64,000 bases of DNA from Terriglobia bacterium (GCA_020072565.1 JAIQGI010000010.1:64592-128591), one strand, 5' to 3'. Positions 50,182 through 61,992 are shown, numbered from the stretch's first letter. Numbers and translations: made by a program. Notes: generated by a model from the letters alone, not told the origin.

Positions 50182-50850
50182 CTCAATCCGGTAATTTGGT
50201 TAATTCGATGACATGTCGTCACCGGCCATTTTGGGTTCATGGGGATTGATCGGTCGATACCGATGTTCCCCGCGCCGCCGTTCAATTCAATTATTACATG
50301 ATACTCCCTAACGGAAGATCCGGCGCAAGCGCTGAAGCAGAGATCGCGGGAGAGCTCGGCCAGGGCCCTTGCCGACGTCGCAGCCTTGATTTCCCCGGCG
50401 ATCGTGCGGGCCATACGGGATCGAAGCTGAAGGACATCCGCAGATCACACGAAAGTATCCGCGTCCAATTTTGTTGCTTTTCACGAGCGTGCGGTTCTGC
50501 TTCATGAATAATTCAGGTCAGGGCTGAGCTTTTCATAAGGCAGTAAAAGAGCAACACAACAGGGACCACGTTCGCGTACATATTAGAAGGGCTCAGTGGG
50601 AGAACGGAGCCGATGCAACAGACTCCTGCTGAACACCGTTTGCGACATTTTGTCCGCTCTCGTGCCGGTTGGTCTGGCAGGGCGGTGCGGGCAAAGTGGC
50701 TCCCGCCCCTGCAAAGAAGGGGGAGGACGGCGGTGCTGCGCTGGTGACGGCGACGGAAGTCGTCCAGAAGGATGTCTTTGTCGGCATCCAACTTGTGGGT
50801 AAGGCGGTGGCCACACGCCTCGGAGGTCGAAGCTTACGCAAGGAGCATTT

Positions 50851-52548
50851 ATGAAGATCTTTCACACCCCTCTCCGGTGGGGCAGGTTTCTAAAGTGGAT
50901 TGGTGTTTTGCTGACCCTTTCTTTCTCGACGATGCTTTCATGGGGACCGTCATGGGGAGCATTTGCGCAGGATCAGAAGCAAGTCGAGCCAACCCAGGTT
51001 CCAGCCTCGCTGATGAGCCCCATCGAGCGTGCGGAAAAGGACGGGACCGCGCTGCACATCTCGCTGAAGGAACTGACAAAGCTGGCACTTCAAAACAATC
51101 TGGATATCGCGATTTCAGACACCAACGAGGCCATGTACCAGCAGAAGGTGATCCAAAACTACGGGTTTTACGATCCCACCATTACCCTGACTCTCCAGGA
51201 TGGAAGGAGTAAGTCGGCAAACACGAACATTACCAACCGATCGGCAACTGGCTTCAATCAGAGAGATAATGCCCTCTGGAATTTCTCGATGGTAAAGAAT
51301 CTCCCGACCGGGGGCGGCATAACAGCAACTTTCAATTCCAGCCGGAGCGACACCAACCAGCTGGCGACGCTGTTCACCCCCCAATTCCAATCGAGTGCCT
51401 CGGTGCAATTCACGCAGCCGCTGCGGCGAAATTTCCGCACCGACCAGACGCGGGGCACCATCAAGCTCGCCAATCTTGACCTGAAGACCAACGACAGCAA
51501 ATTCAAGCAGAGTGTCACAACCACGATCGCATCGATTCAAAACCTTTACTGGGACCTGGTTTATGCGATCCGTAATTACAACATCCTGCGCGAGTCGATG
51601 GAGTTAGCTAAAATTACCGTGGCACAAAACAAGGCGAAAGTCGAGATTGGCACCCTGGCATCCATCACGGTCACCGAAGCGCTGGCGACTCAGGCCACGC
51701 GGGAAATCAACCTGATCCAGGCCAAGGCGACCATTCAAAGCACTGAAAACTCCTTGAGAAACATGATCTCCAATGACCGCAATGCCGACATCTGGCACCA
51801 GACCATCGTCCCCGCCGATTCACCGGATTTCAACGCGTATACTGTTGAACTCGATGAGGCCATCGAGACAGCCCTGAAAAATCGGCCTGAACTGGAGCAA
51901 TACGATCTTCAGTTGCAGCAGAACGACATCACGTATCAGATCCAAAAGAACATGAAGAAATGGCAGTTTGACTTAGTTGGCAGTTTCGGGGCCAACGGCA
52001 CGGCGGGACCTCAGTCCTATTCCTCATCAGGTGTGCCGACGATCCCGGTGCAGTTCGTTGGTGGCCTTCCCACCGCGTACCAGACGATCTTCACGGAAGG
52101 CCTCACTACTTGGACCGTGGGCTTCAACATCCAGATACCGATCAAAAACAGGTCCGTTGATGCGCAGTTGGCGCAAACCCAAATCTCGAAGCAGCAATTG
52201 CTCATGAATCGGACCAAGACCGAGCAAAACGTCATCGTGCAGGTCCGCAACGCGGTCGAGGACCTTGAAACCTGCCGACAGCGCGTGGAAACCGCCCAGG
52301 TTTCGCGCAAGCTTGCCGAGGAAGAGCTCAAGGGCGAAACCCAGCGCTTCGAGGCCGGCATGAGCCAGAACTTCCTGCTCCTCCAGCGCCAGGCAGATCT
52401 CTCAGCAGCGCAAGGCGAGGAAGTGCAAGCTCTGATTACCTACAAGAAAGCCGTTATCACCTTGCAGCAGAACATGTATAACCTGCTCGAGGCCAACGAC
52501 TTCGAGATTGCCAAGAGTCCAGGCAAGGGCGTGGCTGCCTTTGAGTGA
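50851..52548 (+). CDS. TolC family outer-membrane channel
   Basis: ALQNNLDI, FTQPLRR, YWDLV, AL.NRPEL, IQIPIKNR, RFEAG. AGGAG RBS. Confidence 0.9.
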   Translation: MKIFHTPLRWGRFLKWIGVLLTLSFSTMLSWGPSWGAFAQDQKQVEPTQVPASLMSPIERAEKDGTALHISLKELTKLALQNNLDIAISDTNEAMYQQKVIQNYGFYDPTITLTLQDGRSKSANTNITNRSATGFNQRDNALWNFSMVKNLPTGGGITATFNSSRSDTNQLATLFTPQFQSSASVQFTQPLRRNFRTDQTRGTIKLANLDLKTNDSKFKQSVTTTIASIQNLYWDLVYAIRNYNILRESMELAKITVAQNKAKVEIGTLASITVTEALATQATREINLIQAKATIQSTENSLRNMISNDRNADIWHQTIVPADSPDFNAYTVELDEAIETALKNRPELEQYDLQLQQNDITYQIQKNMKKWQFDLVGSFGANGTAGPQSYSSSGVPTIPVQFVGGLPTAYQTIFTEGLTTWTVGFNIQIPIKNRSVDAQLAQTQISKQQLLMNRTKTEQNVIVQVRNAVEDLETCRQRVETAQVSRKLAEEELKGETQRFEAGMSQNFLLLQRQADLSAAQGEEVQALITYKKAVITLQQNMYNLLEANDFEIAKSPGKGVAAFE

Positions 52549-52705
52549 GCAACAGCGCCTGAGGGCCCTGAGGAGGCCGGAGATCTCTAAAACTGCTCCC
52601 GACACAGGCGCACGCCGGCAACAGTGCTCCGGGTATCCGGCGAAAACAAGTAATGGTTGATACGCTGGTTAGCCTGCCTACAAGTTGGGCAAAGATACGG
52701 AAGCC

Positions 52706-53296
52706 GTGAAGCAGATGCAGCTCTTGAGACCGCCGCCCCTATGTCCTGGTGACACGATTGGCATTTTCACGCCTTCGACGCCGGCGAACGTCATCTTTCG
52801 CGAGAAGTACCTTTACGGTCTGGAGGTGCTCCGGCGACTCGGGTTCCGTGTCGTCGAGGGGGAGGTCACGAGCTGGCGCAGCAGCGAAGGCTATCGTTCA
52901 GGCTCGCCGCAACAGCGGGCTCGGGAGTTCATTCTGTACTTCCCTGCCCTCGAAGGCAACATCCTCCTCATCGAAGAGCTGAGGTGGTGTCACTCCCTGG
53001 AAGAGCGAGCACTACGGCAACTCGAACGCATCGGAGTGTTCGACGTAATCACGGGACTGATCGTGGGCAAGCCGGAATTCCTGGATCCGGAGGGCGCTCC
53101 GTTCAGCTACGAGGATCTCATCTTGGAGATCGTCGGAGCCGGACGGCCCTATCCGATCGTCACGAACTTCGACTGTGGGCACACCCATCCAATGCTGACG
53201 ATCGCCGAGATGGCAGAGGTCACCCTCAGGGTGGGGGAAGGCTTCGACGCGTGCGTCATCGTCGAGGAGCCGATGGTAGCGGTGGCTCAAGACTGA
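52706..53296 (+). pseudogene. S66/MccF-like LD-carboxypeptidase with large in-frame internal deletion
   Basis: N-terminal GDTIGIFTPS..YRSGSPQQRAREF joins directly to C-terminal YFPALEGNILLIEE..DCGHTHPM. The central GG..S / GYSD nucleophile region is missing. Confidence 0.8.
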
Positions 53297-53314
53297 GTGC
53301 ATGGAGGAGGACCG

Positions 53315-54166
53315 ATGTTTCCTGCCGGAACGCGCTTGGACGAGACCGCACGAATACCCGTGCTGGAAGCGTTGCGGACAGTGAACGCAGCCCTGCTGGA
53401 TCTTCTGCGCGGATTCACGGCTGAGGACTGGAGCAAACCGACAGTTCATCGGGACCGCAACGTCAAGGATCTTACCGCCCACCTGCTGCACGGCAGCCTC
53501 CGCAGCGTCACTAACGGCCGCGATGGCTACAGGACCACGACGCCGCTGATCCGTGGCACGGAAGATCTCATCGCATTCATCCAGCAGGAAAATCGCGAGT
53601 TCATGACTGGGATGCGGCGTATCAGCCCGCAGATTTTGGTTGAGCTGATCGCGATGTATGATCCTCAAATGCTGGCACTCTTCGAGAACGCGGTTCCAGA
53701 CGATCTCGGAACCGGCGTTGTCTGGGCCGGCGAGAGCCTCTCGCGCAGATGGTTCCACATTGCACGCGAATACACTGAAAAGTGGCACCATCAGCAGCAG
53801 CTCCGAGATGCCACCGTCCGGCCACCGCTCTACGAGCCGGCCCTCATGGTTCCCGTGCTCGAGACGTTCGCGCGTGGCCTGCCCTTCGCGTACCGTACGT
53901 ACGACCGGCCCGAGGGAACAGCCCTGGCCATCGCCACAACTGGTCCGGTCAGCTTGGGCTGGACGCTGCACCGCACTGGCGGGGCTTGGCTGCTCTGGAG
54001 CGGCACCGATTCGGCTGCTGAAACCTCCATCTCGATTCCTTCCGAGATCGCGTGGCGCGTGTGGACCAAGAGCATGGGGAGTAACGAAGCCCGTGCCCAC
54101 ACGGAGTTCGTTGGCGATCGAGACGCGGTAAACCCACTCGTCACGTTTGTTGCCATTATGGCTTGA
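53315..54166 (+). CDS. Maleylpyruvate isomerase N-terminal (DinB superfamily) metal-binding protein
   Basis: DWSKPT..RNVKDLTAHL and REYTEKWHHQQQLRDA. GGAGGAGG RBS. Confidence 0.85.
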   Translation: MFPAGTRLDETARIPVLEALRTVNAALLDLLRGFTAEDWSKPTVHRDRNVKDLTAHLLHGSLRSVTNGRDGYRTTTPLIRGTEDLIAFIQQENREFMTGMRRISPQILVELIAMYDPQMLALFENAVPDDLGTGVVWAGESLSRRWFHIAREYTEKWHHQQQLRDATVRPPLYEPALMVPVLETFARGLPFAYRTYDRPEGTALAIATTGPVSLGWTLHRTGGAWLLWSGTDSAAETSISIPSEIAWRVWTKSMGSNEARAHTEFVGDRDAVNPLVTFVAIMA

Positions 54167-54769
54167 ATCACGCTGCGGCCCAGGCGTGGACCTCGATCGG
54201 AAACGCGGCTTGTCCGTCCTTCCGCGGCTGCGGTAGGCAGAGCTGAGGGCAATCGCAATCCTGCCGTGCTCTTACTGCACCGTTATCACCAGGGCGATAG
54301 CAAGGCTGACGGGATAGCGCAAAGGCGCTTCTTGAATGTCAGCGAATTATCGGCGGGCCTTTTTTGCAGGCAGTTGCCGCCTTGAAAAGGTCCACTGTAG
54401 AAACTGGAATAGGACTTCGGCGACAACTTCTGCGGGGCGGATCTTATCATGATGTCACCTTGTCGAATCAGACTCGTCAATAATACGAAAGTTCCATGAG
54501 CTTGCCGGACAATCGACTTTTTTTTCCAGCACCAGCGGTCGATAAGTGGCGTTCACGTACCAGTGGATTTTCGATCCTTGCCGACGTCCTGATCCGACGT
54601 TCGCCTAAGTTTTACCTTCCTTGCCAATGTACGAGTACGCCGTCCGCGTGACTGGTTTTTTGTCAACTTCCCAGATTGCCGTTTGATTATGGTTCGCGTG
54701 CAAAGACGTGAGAGCCCGATAACGCCGCAAGTACTCCGGATTCAGCTTCCTTAAACCACAACGCCCGTT

Positions 54770-54834
54770 TATAATGGCGGCATCTTCAGGTACCTCAGAT
54801 TGCAGCGCACGAAGGGCCGGTGGAGGAATTCTCC
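54770..54834 (+). promoter_or_regulatory. TATAAT plus conserved 59-nt structured leader, copy A
   Basis: Ungapped 44/59 identity with the leader at 61993-62051 (minus strand). SD sits in a TGGAG/CTCCA stem. Confidence 0.72.
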
Positions 54835-57198
54835 ATGATCGGCAAGACCCTCGGTCACTATAAGGTTGTTGAGAAGATCGGCCAGGGAGGTATGGGAGAA
54901 GTATTCCTAGCGGAGGACACATCTCTGCACCGGAAGGTTGCCCTGAAGTTCCTTCCCCCAGCGATGCAGCAAGACCCCGCGGCCCACAAGCGGTTCATTC
55001 GTGAAGCCCGTTCGGCGGCGGCGCTCGACCATCCCTACATTTGCCACATCAACGAAGTCGGCGAATCTGACGGCCAGTACTTCATCGCCATGGAGTACGT
55101 CGACGGCCGGTCGCTCAAAGACAGGCTGGACCAAGCCCCACTGCCGCTCGGGGAGGCGCTGCCAATAGCCATCGAGGTGGCCGAGGCGCTCGAGGCGGCG
55201 CACACGAAAGGGATCATCCACCGGGACATCAAGCCCGCCAACATCATGCTGACGCAGACAGGCCATGCTAAGGTGATGGACTTCGGCCTGGCGAAGCAAA
55301 TGATTCCGGCCGATGGGATCGCCAGCCAGGAAGAGACGGCCACCGCTCTCACCTCGGAAGGAAGCACCGTCGGAACGCTGGCTTACATGTCGCCGGAGCA
55401 GTTGCGCAGCCAGGCCGCCGACGCCCGCAGCGACATATGGGCGTTGGGCGTAACGTTATATGAGCTAGTGGCGGGTGAGCGGCCATTCCAGGGCCAGAGC
55501 GGGTTCGAGCTGCCATCGGCGATCTTAAACCAGGCGCCGCGGCCGCTCCCCTCCCACGTGCCAGCGGCATTGGCGGCGGTGATCGAGCGCTGCCTCGAGA
55601 AGGAACCAGGAAAGCGCTATCAGCAGGCGGGCGAACTGCGGGCTGCCCTCGAAGCGGTCCGTGCGGGGACGGTGGCCCCCTGGGAGGCGTGGCGCTACCG
55701 GTTGGGACGTCATCCCTGGACGGTGCTGGCGGCGGCACTGGTGGCCATCATGGCTGTCCTGGTGGGTTTGGACGTGGGCGGCCTGCGCGCGCGGTTGACC
55801 ACCGGAGGCCAGGCGCGCGCGGTCAAGCTGGCCGTGCTGCCGTTCGTGAACCAGTCCGGCGATCCGGAGCAGGAGTCCTTCTCCGATGGCTTCACCCAGG
55901 AGTTGATCACCCAGCTCGGAGGCCTCCATCCGGCAGGCCTGAGCGTCATCGCCCAGTACTCGGTGATGCTCTACAAGAAGACCGAAACGCGCATCGACCA
56001 GATCGGCCGCGAGCTGGGGGTGGACTTCGTCTTGCAGGGAAGCACCCGGCGCGAGGCGAACCGCGTCCGCATCAGCGCCGAGCTGATCCATGTGGGCGAC
56101 CAGACACAGATCTGGGCCCACACATACGAGCACGAGGTCCCGGGCATCCAGATGGTCCAGAACGAATTGGCGCGGAGCGTGGCCGAGGCGCTGTCGCTTA
56201 GGCTGCTGACCGCGGAGAAAGACCGCCTGGCCTCCACCCGGACAGTCAGTCCCGAGGCCTACGATGCCTATCTCAAGGGCACCTCCCTCTTGAAGACAAT
56301 GAAGTCGGCGGACATAGAGGCGGCCCAGCGCAACTTCGAGCTGGCTCTGATCAAAGACCCCACCTATGCTCCAGCCCACCAGGGGTTGGCGGCGGTCTGG
56401 ATGGTCCGCCAGCAGACGGATTTGACACCGCCGGGTGAAGCTGGGCCCAAGGCCAAAGAGGAAGCCCTGAAGGCCCTTGCTCTGGATGGCAATTCCGCGG
56501 TGGCGCACAGGGCGCTGGCTTCGGTCAGGTCGTGGTCAGACTGGGACTGGGCCGGCGCCGAGCCGGAGTGGAAGCGCGCCCTGGAGCTCAACCCCAGCGA
56601 TGCGAACGCGCACGCGTTCTATGCCCACTTCCTGGCGGTACGAGGGCGCGCGGACGAGGCTCTCCCGCACAGCCAGCTGGCGCTCAAGCTGGACCCGTCC
56701 AATGCGCTGTACCATGGCATGTACGCGATAGTCCTGGATTACCTTCGGCGCTACGACGATGCACTCGCCGCGGCCCGCAAGGCGCTCTCCCTTCAGCCTG
56801 ATTTGGGGATCGCCATCGATATGTTTCAGCGTTACTACCTCAACAAGGGGATGCGCAAAGAGCAACTGGCCGAGCAGAGACTGAGGGTCGCCCGCGACCC
56901 CGAACGACGCGCGGCTTTCGAACGGGGCCTCGGCGAAGGCGGGTACGAAGGCGCGCAGCGGGCCATCGCCGACGTTTATGCGGCACGGTATGAAAAGGGC
57001 CAATATAAAGATCCTATGGGCGTCGCCTTCCGGTATCTCGACGGCGGTGATAAGGACCGTGCGATGGAGTTTCTCAACAAAGCCTACGCAGCTCACGATC
57101 CCTCGTTGGCTTACGTCGGCAGACCTCACTGGGACCGCCTGCGCGGCGACCCGCGCTTTGAGGCCTTGCTTCGCCGCATTGGCCTCCCGTCAAAGTAA
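54835..57198 (+). CDS. Ser/Thr protein kinase with TM, TolB-N-like domain and TPR repeats
   Basis: [58 protein letters not shown]. Confidence 0.93.
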   Translation: MIGKTLGHYKVVEKIGQGGMGEVFLAEDTSLHRKVALKFLPPAMQQDPAAHKRFIREARSAAALDHPYICHINEVGESDGQYFIAMEYVDGRSLKDRLDQAPLPLGEALPIAIEVAEALEAAHTKGIIHRDIKPANIMLTQTGHAKVMDFGLAKQMIPADGIASQEETATALTSEGSTVGTLAYMSPEQLRSQAADARSDIWALGVTLYELVAGERPFQGQSGFELPSAILNQAPRPLPSHVPAALAAVIERCLEKEPGKRYQQAGELRAALEAVRAGTVAPWEAWRYRLGRHPWTVLAAALVAIMAVLVGLDVGGLRARLTTGGQARAVKLAVLPFVNQSGDPEQESFSDGFTQELITQLGGLHPAGLSVIAQYSVMLYKKTETRIDQIGRELGVDFVLQGSTRREANRVRISAELIHVGDQTQIWAHTYEHEVPGIQMVQNELARSVAEALSLRLLTAEKDRLASTRTVSPEAYDAYLKGTSLLKTMKSADIEAAQRNFELALIKDPTYAPAHQGLAAVWMVRQQTDLTPPGEAGPKAKEEALKALALDGNSAVAHRALASVRSWSDWDWAGAEPEWKRALELNPSDANAHAFYAHFLAVRGRADEALPHSQLALKLDPSNALYHGMYAIVLDYLRRYDDALAAARKALSLQPDLGIAIDMFQRYYLNKGMRKEQLAEQRLRVARDPERRAAFERGLGEGGYEGAQRAIADVYAARYEKGQYKDPMGVAFRYLDGGDKDRAMEFLNKAYAAHDPSLAYVGRPHWDRLRGDPRFEALLRRIGLPSK

Positions 57199-57552
57199 CA
57201 TGATCCCGAGACAGCAGCCGGGGATCTGAAGCACTGGTCACATGACAGGCAAGCCGGAAACCGAGAGCCTCACTCGCGCAAGTTCCATTCAAATCGGTTT
57301 CAGTTTACCACATTGTCACGAAGTCCCGTTGAACGAAGCCGCAGATTCATCCTTTTAGGCCACGGGGGCGTATAGGCGGCCACACGGAAACTATGATTTT
57401 CGCGGTTCTCGGCCCCGACTTGTCTCCGATCTGTTTAGTAATAATGTCGTCCGGTCAATGTACGCGCTGCCGGGTTCGTCCGTGAGGCAAAAGTTGCTGA
57501 CAAATAGGCAATCCCCACTTCTGGGCAGCGGTATCACAATCGCGGAACATTC

Positions 57553-57984
57553 TCATTTCTTTTTTGAGGGTATGTAGTCTCCATCCAAAGTAAACGCTTG
57601 AACCATATCTTCCTGAGAAAATACGGCGGCAGTTTTCGCCTCAAGCTCTTTTGCCCGCTTCATAACTTCATTGCTTCTGGGAAGACGATATGAATCTGCA
57701 GTAATAGATTTGATGCTCTCTTCAAGAACCGATATCTGCTCTGAAGAAAGGCGATTCCGATTTGTTTCAAGCCATCGTCTCACGTGCGTTCTCATTATTT
57801 CAGCCTTGTTTTCAGGGGAGATTTCGTTGAACACTTTACGCCTTTCCTGAATATCCAATTTGCCAAAAGTGTCGTAATCAACCATCTGAGCCTGTTCAGG
57901 TGGAATAATATATGCCGCACATTTGGGAATCGGATTTCCTGCTACCAAAATGAAAAGAAAAAACAAATTTGCACCATGACGCAT
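57553..57984 (-). CDS. Low-GC secreted helical protein resembling the fulvocin C-related family
   Basis: AGGAGG RBS and signal-like N-terminus. YDTF.KL...ERRKVF..ISPENKAEIM..H pattern. Markedly AT-rich. Confidence 0.65.
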   Translation of the reverse strand: MRHGANLFFLFILVAGNPIPKCAAYIIPPEQAQMVDYDTFGKLDIQERRKVFNEISPENKAEIMRTHVRRWLETNRNRLSSEQISVLEESIKSITADSYRLPRSNEVMKRAKELEAKTAAVFSQEDMVQAFTLDGDYIPSKKK

Positions 57985-58805
57985 ACTTGCCTCCTAAAAG
58001 ATCAGCGCAACGCTGACTGCCTGAAGATACAATTGGACCGATATCAAATGCGTATCTTGGCCGCTTGGGATCATAATTTCCCTCGTGATCCAGCATTCCA
58101 TGATACCGCTGCTTGTCCTTGATCTCACTCATATTTGCGCGAGCGATCGGCATTCAGTTGTCGTTTAGTGGGGTATACGGAAACCACTATGCGCTCCAGA
58201 AAAGGTGTTCGAGGAGATCAGGAAGGCAGCGAGGCGTCGCTGGGGCGAGATCTCCTATAACGGGACCACACGCCTGTGTCTGCGAATGCGCTGGATATCG
58301 AAGCTTCCCCGTACGGGACTTCGCGGGAGTGAGGGCCGTAGTTTCCAGTTACTTGGCCAAGTGAACGCCGACTGTTCGATCCCTCCGTCACGACAGCGCC
58401 GAATTTTCGGCTTTATCAATGCCATCGCTTCAGGCCGCTTCTTATCATGCTGTCGAAGCCAGACATTTATTCCTGGGGCTGTTTCCGAGCGCTGATGGCA
58501 GCGGCGCAATTTGATCAAATGCCTGGAGGTGCTGAGGTAATTCTTTTGTTTAATGGAGCCATTTAGGTGTAAGGTCGGAGAAGGCGATTGCTTAAACTAT
58601 GGTGCCTGCCGATGCAGGGATGGCAGGTGTGATTACCGGTCTCAAGATGGGGGGCGGCGGGAGGACTCACCCGGCACTTACTATCCAGTCAAGTGGGCGA
58701 GGCTCGCTTTGTATCTGGCTAAGCCGCGAATTGGATTACGCATAACCAGGGGATTATTAACGAAATTGCCGTCTTGATGATCCAATCTCGATGAGATATG
58801 CAGAC

Positions 58806-58878
58806 GCCAACTGGCGACATATCCAGTTATCGAGACCCGCATGATCTAAGTTCGGCAGCTGATGCGCCGCCGTTGGGC
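58806..58878 (+). other. attC-like remnant
   Basis: Ends GCAGCTGATGCGCCGCC-GTTGGGC (GTTRRRY) 21 bp before the next ATG. Imperfect CGCCAAC left end. Confidence 0.45.
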
Positions 58879-58899
58879 GTGTCAAAGGAGGACGCTGGA

Positions 58900-59286
58900 A
58901 TGGCCATCCGTATCGTGAGGCTGGGAAGCGCCCGAAGCCAGGGCGAAGGGCTGCGCATCGGAACAGTCCGCCGCCCGCCACGCGGCGTACCCAAGTCTGA
59001 GTTCGCCTCGCAGAACTGGTATGACGTTTGGTTTCCAATCTTGGCGCCAAGCGTCGAAACACTAAAGTTGGGGCAGACGGCCACCACCCCCGCACACTGG
59101 GCCGCCTTCGCCAAGAAATACCGGGCCGAAATGTCGGCCCCGGAAGCCCGCCACACCCTCGCGCTCCTCGCCGCGCTGTCCCATCACAGCAGTTTCTCAG
59201 TCGGATGCTACTGCGAGAACGAATCGCACTGCCATCGCTCGGTGCTGCGGATGCTCCTGGCCGAGCATGGAGCCAAGCTTGAGTAA
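58900..59286 (+). CDS. DUF488 family protein
   Basis: GEGLRIGTVRRPPRGV.K, W.P.LAPS, CYCENE..CHRS. AGGAGG RBS. Confidence 0.9.
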   Translation: MAIRIVRLGSARSQGEGLRIGTVRRPPRGVPKSEFASQNWYDVWFPILAPSVETLKLGQTATTPAHWAAFAKKYRAEMSAPEARHTLALLAALSHHSSFSVGCYCENESHCHRSVLRMLLAEHGAKLE

Positions 59287-59313
59287 GCAATGTGTGTTCA
59301 TCCCGGGCTACAA

Positions 59314-61992
59314 TCATCTGCCCGGCGGTTGGATAATGCCCGCTGCCCAGATGTCGCCGCGCGATTCCTCCCAGGTAAAGTAGATGTACCGCCCATCCGT
59401 CGCCAGGCCGAGGGCTCCAAGCACGCCACGCCTGCCGGCCAACGCCGTGACTGGCCGCTCCTGCCGGTTGCCCATGGACAGGGTCCAGACATTGTTTGCT
59501 CGATCTCCAACCCCAATGAAGTAGATCTGCTTCCCATCGAGTGACCATCGGGGCAGAGATCCCACTCCTTTCGTCAACCGCTCCGCTTGCCCACCGGAAG
59601 CAGAGACACGCCACAGCCCACGGGTGCCATCGCGAATCGAATCAAACACCACCCATTTGCCATCGGGCGACCAGTCGGCATGGAGGTCCCCGGCGTTGCT
59701 CGTCAGGCGCCGCTCCTTGCCCCCTTGGGCCGGCACAACAGAGAGACCATTCCCCTCCTTGACAATCTCCAGCCCATTGGGTGACCAGGCCGGGTAAAGG
59801 CTCTCCGATTCGCCGTGGGTCACTTGCCGCGCTGGCCCGCCCCCGATTGGCATGATCCAGACCTCTCGATGCCCTGTCCGGGAGGAGTAGAACACCACTT
59901 CGCTGCCGTCGGGCTTCCACCGCGGACCTGCGTCTACCGCCCGATCCGTGGTGAGCTGTTGCAGATCTCCTCCACTTGCGGACAATGTCCACAGATCCCA
60001 GTTCCCCGCCCGGTCTGAGCTGACGATGAGCCGCCCATCGCGTGCTACATCGATGGACTCGAACTCTGACTCGTCAAAAGTAAGTTGGGCGGTGTCCGTC
60101 CAAGTTGCTGGACGGTCAGTCAGGATGGGAGCGCGAAAGACGTTGCGGGCGGTACGTCCCTTTGTGTATGCCAGCCTCTTCCCATCCGCGCAAAACACGG
60201 CATGGATCATCTCGATTCCGGCGGTAACTCGCTGTGGTTCACCTTCAGGCAGGCCGGCGCGACCCAGCGTATATCTCCACAGGTCGGGTGTACCGCCGCG
60301 ATCCGCGACGAAATACAGCGTGCGAGAGTCCGGCGACCAGGTCGGGTTCCAATCCTTCTTTGTGCCGTCGGTCAGTTGGAAGCTCTCCCCGTCAGAGGTG
60401 CGCGTCAACCAGAGTTCCCGCGTTGCAGCAATGGGGCTTATCCCCCGCCCATATGCGAGCCAGCGGCCATCCGGCGACCAACTAATGTCCACAATCGCAT
60501 TACTGCGGGGCCTCCCTGGGAGCGGCAACTTTCTCGAGGCACCACTGGCCAGCGTCAGGATCTCAAGCCACGGCCCGACACGCTGGCCCAGCGCGTACGC
60601 CAGCTGTGTACTGTCGGGGGACCACTGTGCCGGAGTTGGATACGGATCGCCCGGCGACCAGGAGGCGACCTTGCGCGCTCTCCCTCCAACCCCCGGCATG
60701 ACAAAATAACCCCCTCCCTCCCTGAATGAAAAGAACGCGATCCATTGGCCATCCGGCGACCAAGTCGGAAACATATCATCGGCGGTGCTGTCGGCGGTCC
60801 GGTTGACCGCCTGGCTGCTTCCCACCTGGGTTACCCAGATGTCCCAGTTGCCGGTCTGATCCGATTGATACGCGAGAGTGCGGCCGTCCGGGGACCAGCT
60901 CGGGTAATCCTCGACTCCCATTGCGGCAGTCACTTTGACGGGGTTGGCCAGGCGAGGAACATCGGCCGCTGGCTGCCGTGTCCGGCCGGAAAACAAGATG
61001 GCCATAACCGCTGTGAGCGCGATAACCGCCGCAACCCCAACAGCCCACCAGGCCCACCTGCGTCCTCCTGGCTTGGCCGGCATCCTGGCGCGTGTTGACG
61101 ATATCTGTTCGGCGCTTGCTGCCGCGCGACCGGAATCAGAATCGCGTTTGAGCCGCTCGAGATCGACGCGCATGTCGCCAGCACTCTGGTAGCGCAACTT
61201 GCGCTCCTTCTCCATGGCCTTGTTGATGATTCGTTCCAGATCATCCGGCAAGCCGGGATTGATCCTGACCGGAGCGGTCGGCGCCTTGGTGAGGATCTCC
61301 GTGAAGATGATTCCAGAAGTGGTGCCGTCGAAGGGGCGTCTCCCTGTGGCCATTTCATACAGAACAACACCCAGCGAGAACAGGTCCGTCCGCATATCTA
61401 GTTCTTCGCCGCGAACCTGTTCCGGCGACATGTACGCCACGGTCCCGACGGCGGTGCCGGGACTGGTCAGCATCTCCTCAGTGGCCGCCGTGGGGGCTGC
61501 CGATCCCTTGTGCCTTGGCTCGGCGGAGACCTTTGCCAGTCCGAAATCGAGAATCTTGGCGGTCCCACGTTCGGTTACGAAAACATTGGCAGGCTTGATG
61601 TCTCGATGAATGATGCCCTTGGCGTGCGCCGCATCGAGTCCGTCGCTGATCTGGATCGCCAGATCGAGAATGCGCTCCACATCGAACGGTTTCGCTTCGA
61701 TCCGCTGCTTGAGCGTTTTGCCTTCCAGCAGCTCCATGGCAATGAAGTGCTGGCCCTCGTGCTGGTTGATTTCGTAGATCGTGCAGATGTTCGGATGATT
61801 CAGCGCTGAAGCAGCCTTGGCTTCCCGCTGAAATCGCTCCAGGGCATGCCGGTCTTCGGATACCACTTCGGGGAGAAACTTCAAGGCAACAAAGCGGCCC
61901 AAGGAGGTGTCCTCGGCCCTGTAGACGACACCCATCCCTCCGCCGCCCAGTTTCTCAATGATCCTGTAGTGCGATACGATCTTGCCGACCAT
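59314..61992 (-). CDS. Ser/Thr protein kinase with TM helix and TolB-like (PD40) beta-propellers
   Basis: [30 protein letters not shown] and repeated WSPDG. Confidence 0.93.
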   Translation of the reverse strand: MVGKIVSHYRIIEKLGGGGMGVVYRAEDTSLGRFVALKFLPEVVSEDRHALERFQREAKAASALNHPNICTIYEINQHEGQHFIAMELLEGKTLKQRIEAKPFDVERILDLAIQISDGLDAAHAKGIIHRDIKPANVFVTERGTAKILDFGLAKVSAEPRHKGSAAPTAATEEMLTSPGTAVGTVAYMSPEQVRGEELDMRTDLFSLGVVLYEMATGRRPFDGTTSGIIFTEILTKAPTAPVRINPGLPDDLERIINKAMEKERKLRYQSAGDMRVDLERLKRDSDSGRAAASAEQISSTRARMPAKPGGRRWAWWAVGVAAVIALTAVMAILFSGRTRQPAADVPRLANPVKVTAAMGVEDYPSWSPDGRTLAYQSDQTGNWDIWVTQVGSSQAVNRTADSTADDMFPTWSPDGQWIAFFSFREGGGYFVMPGVGGRARKVASWSPGDPYPTPAQWSPDSTQLAYALGQRVGPWLEILTLASGASRKLPLPGRPRSNAIVDISWSPDGRWLAYGRGISPIAATRELWLTRTSDGESFQLTDGTKKDWNPTWSPDSRTLYFVADRGGTPDLWRYTLGRAGLPEGEPQRVTAGIEMIHAVFCADGKRLAYTKGRTARNVFRAPILTDRPATWTDTAQLTFDESEFESIDVARDGRLIVSSDRAGNWDLWTLSASGGDLQQLTTDRAVDAGPRWKPDGSEVVFYSSRTGHREVWIMPIGGGPARQVTHGESESLYPAWSPNGLEIVKEGNGLSVVPAQGGKERRLTSNAGDLHADWSPDGKWVVFDSIRDGTRGLWRVSASGGQAERLTKGVGSLPRWSLDGKQIYFIGVGDRANNVWTLSMGNRQERPVTALAGRRGVLGALGLATDGRYIYFTWEESRGDIWAAGIIQPPGR

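Noticed and set aside
50200..50850. Short overlapping ORFs between the ParB-like gene and TolC
   Set aside because: None has a convincing start or recognisable sequence.
58100..58780. Short ORFs (for example VFEEIRKAARRRWGE) that may be gene debris
   Set aside because: Cannot be assigned to a family without a search.
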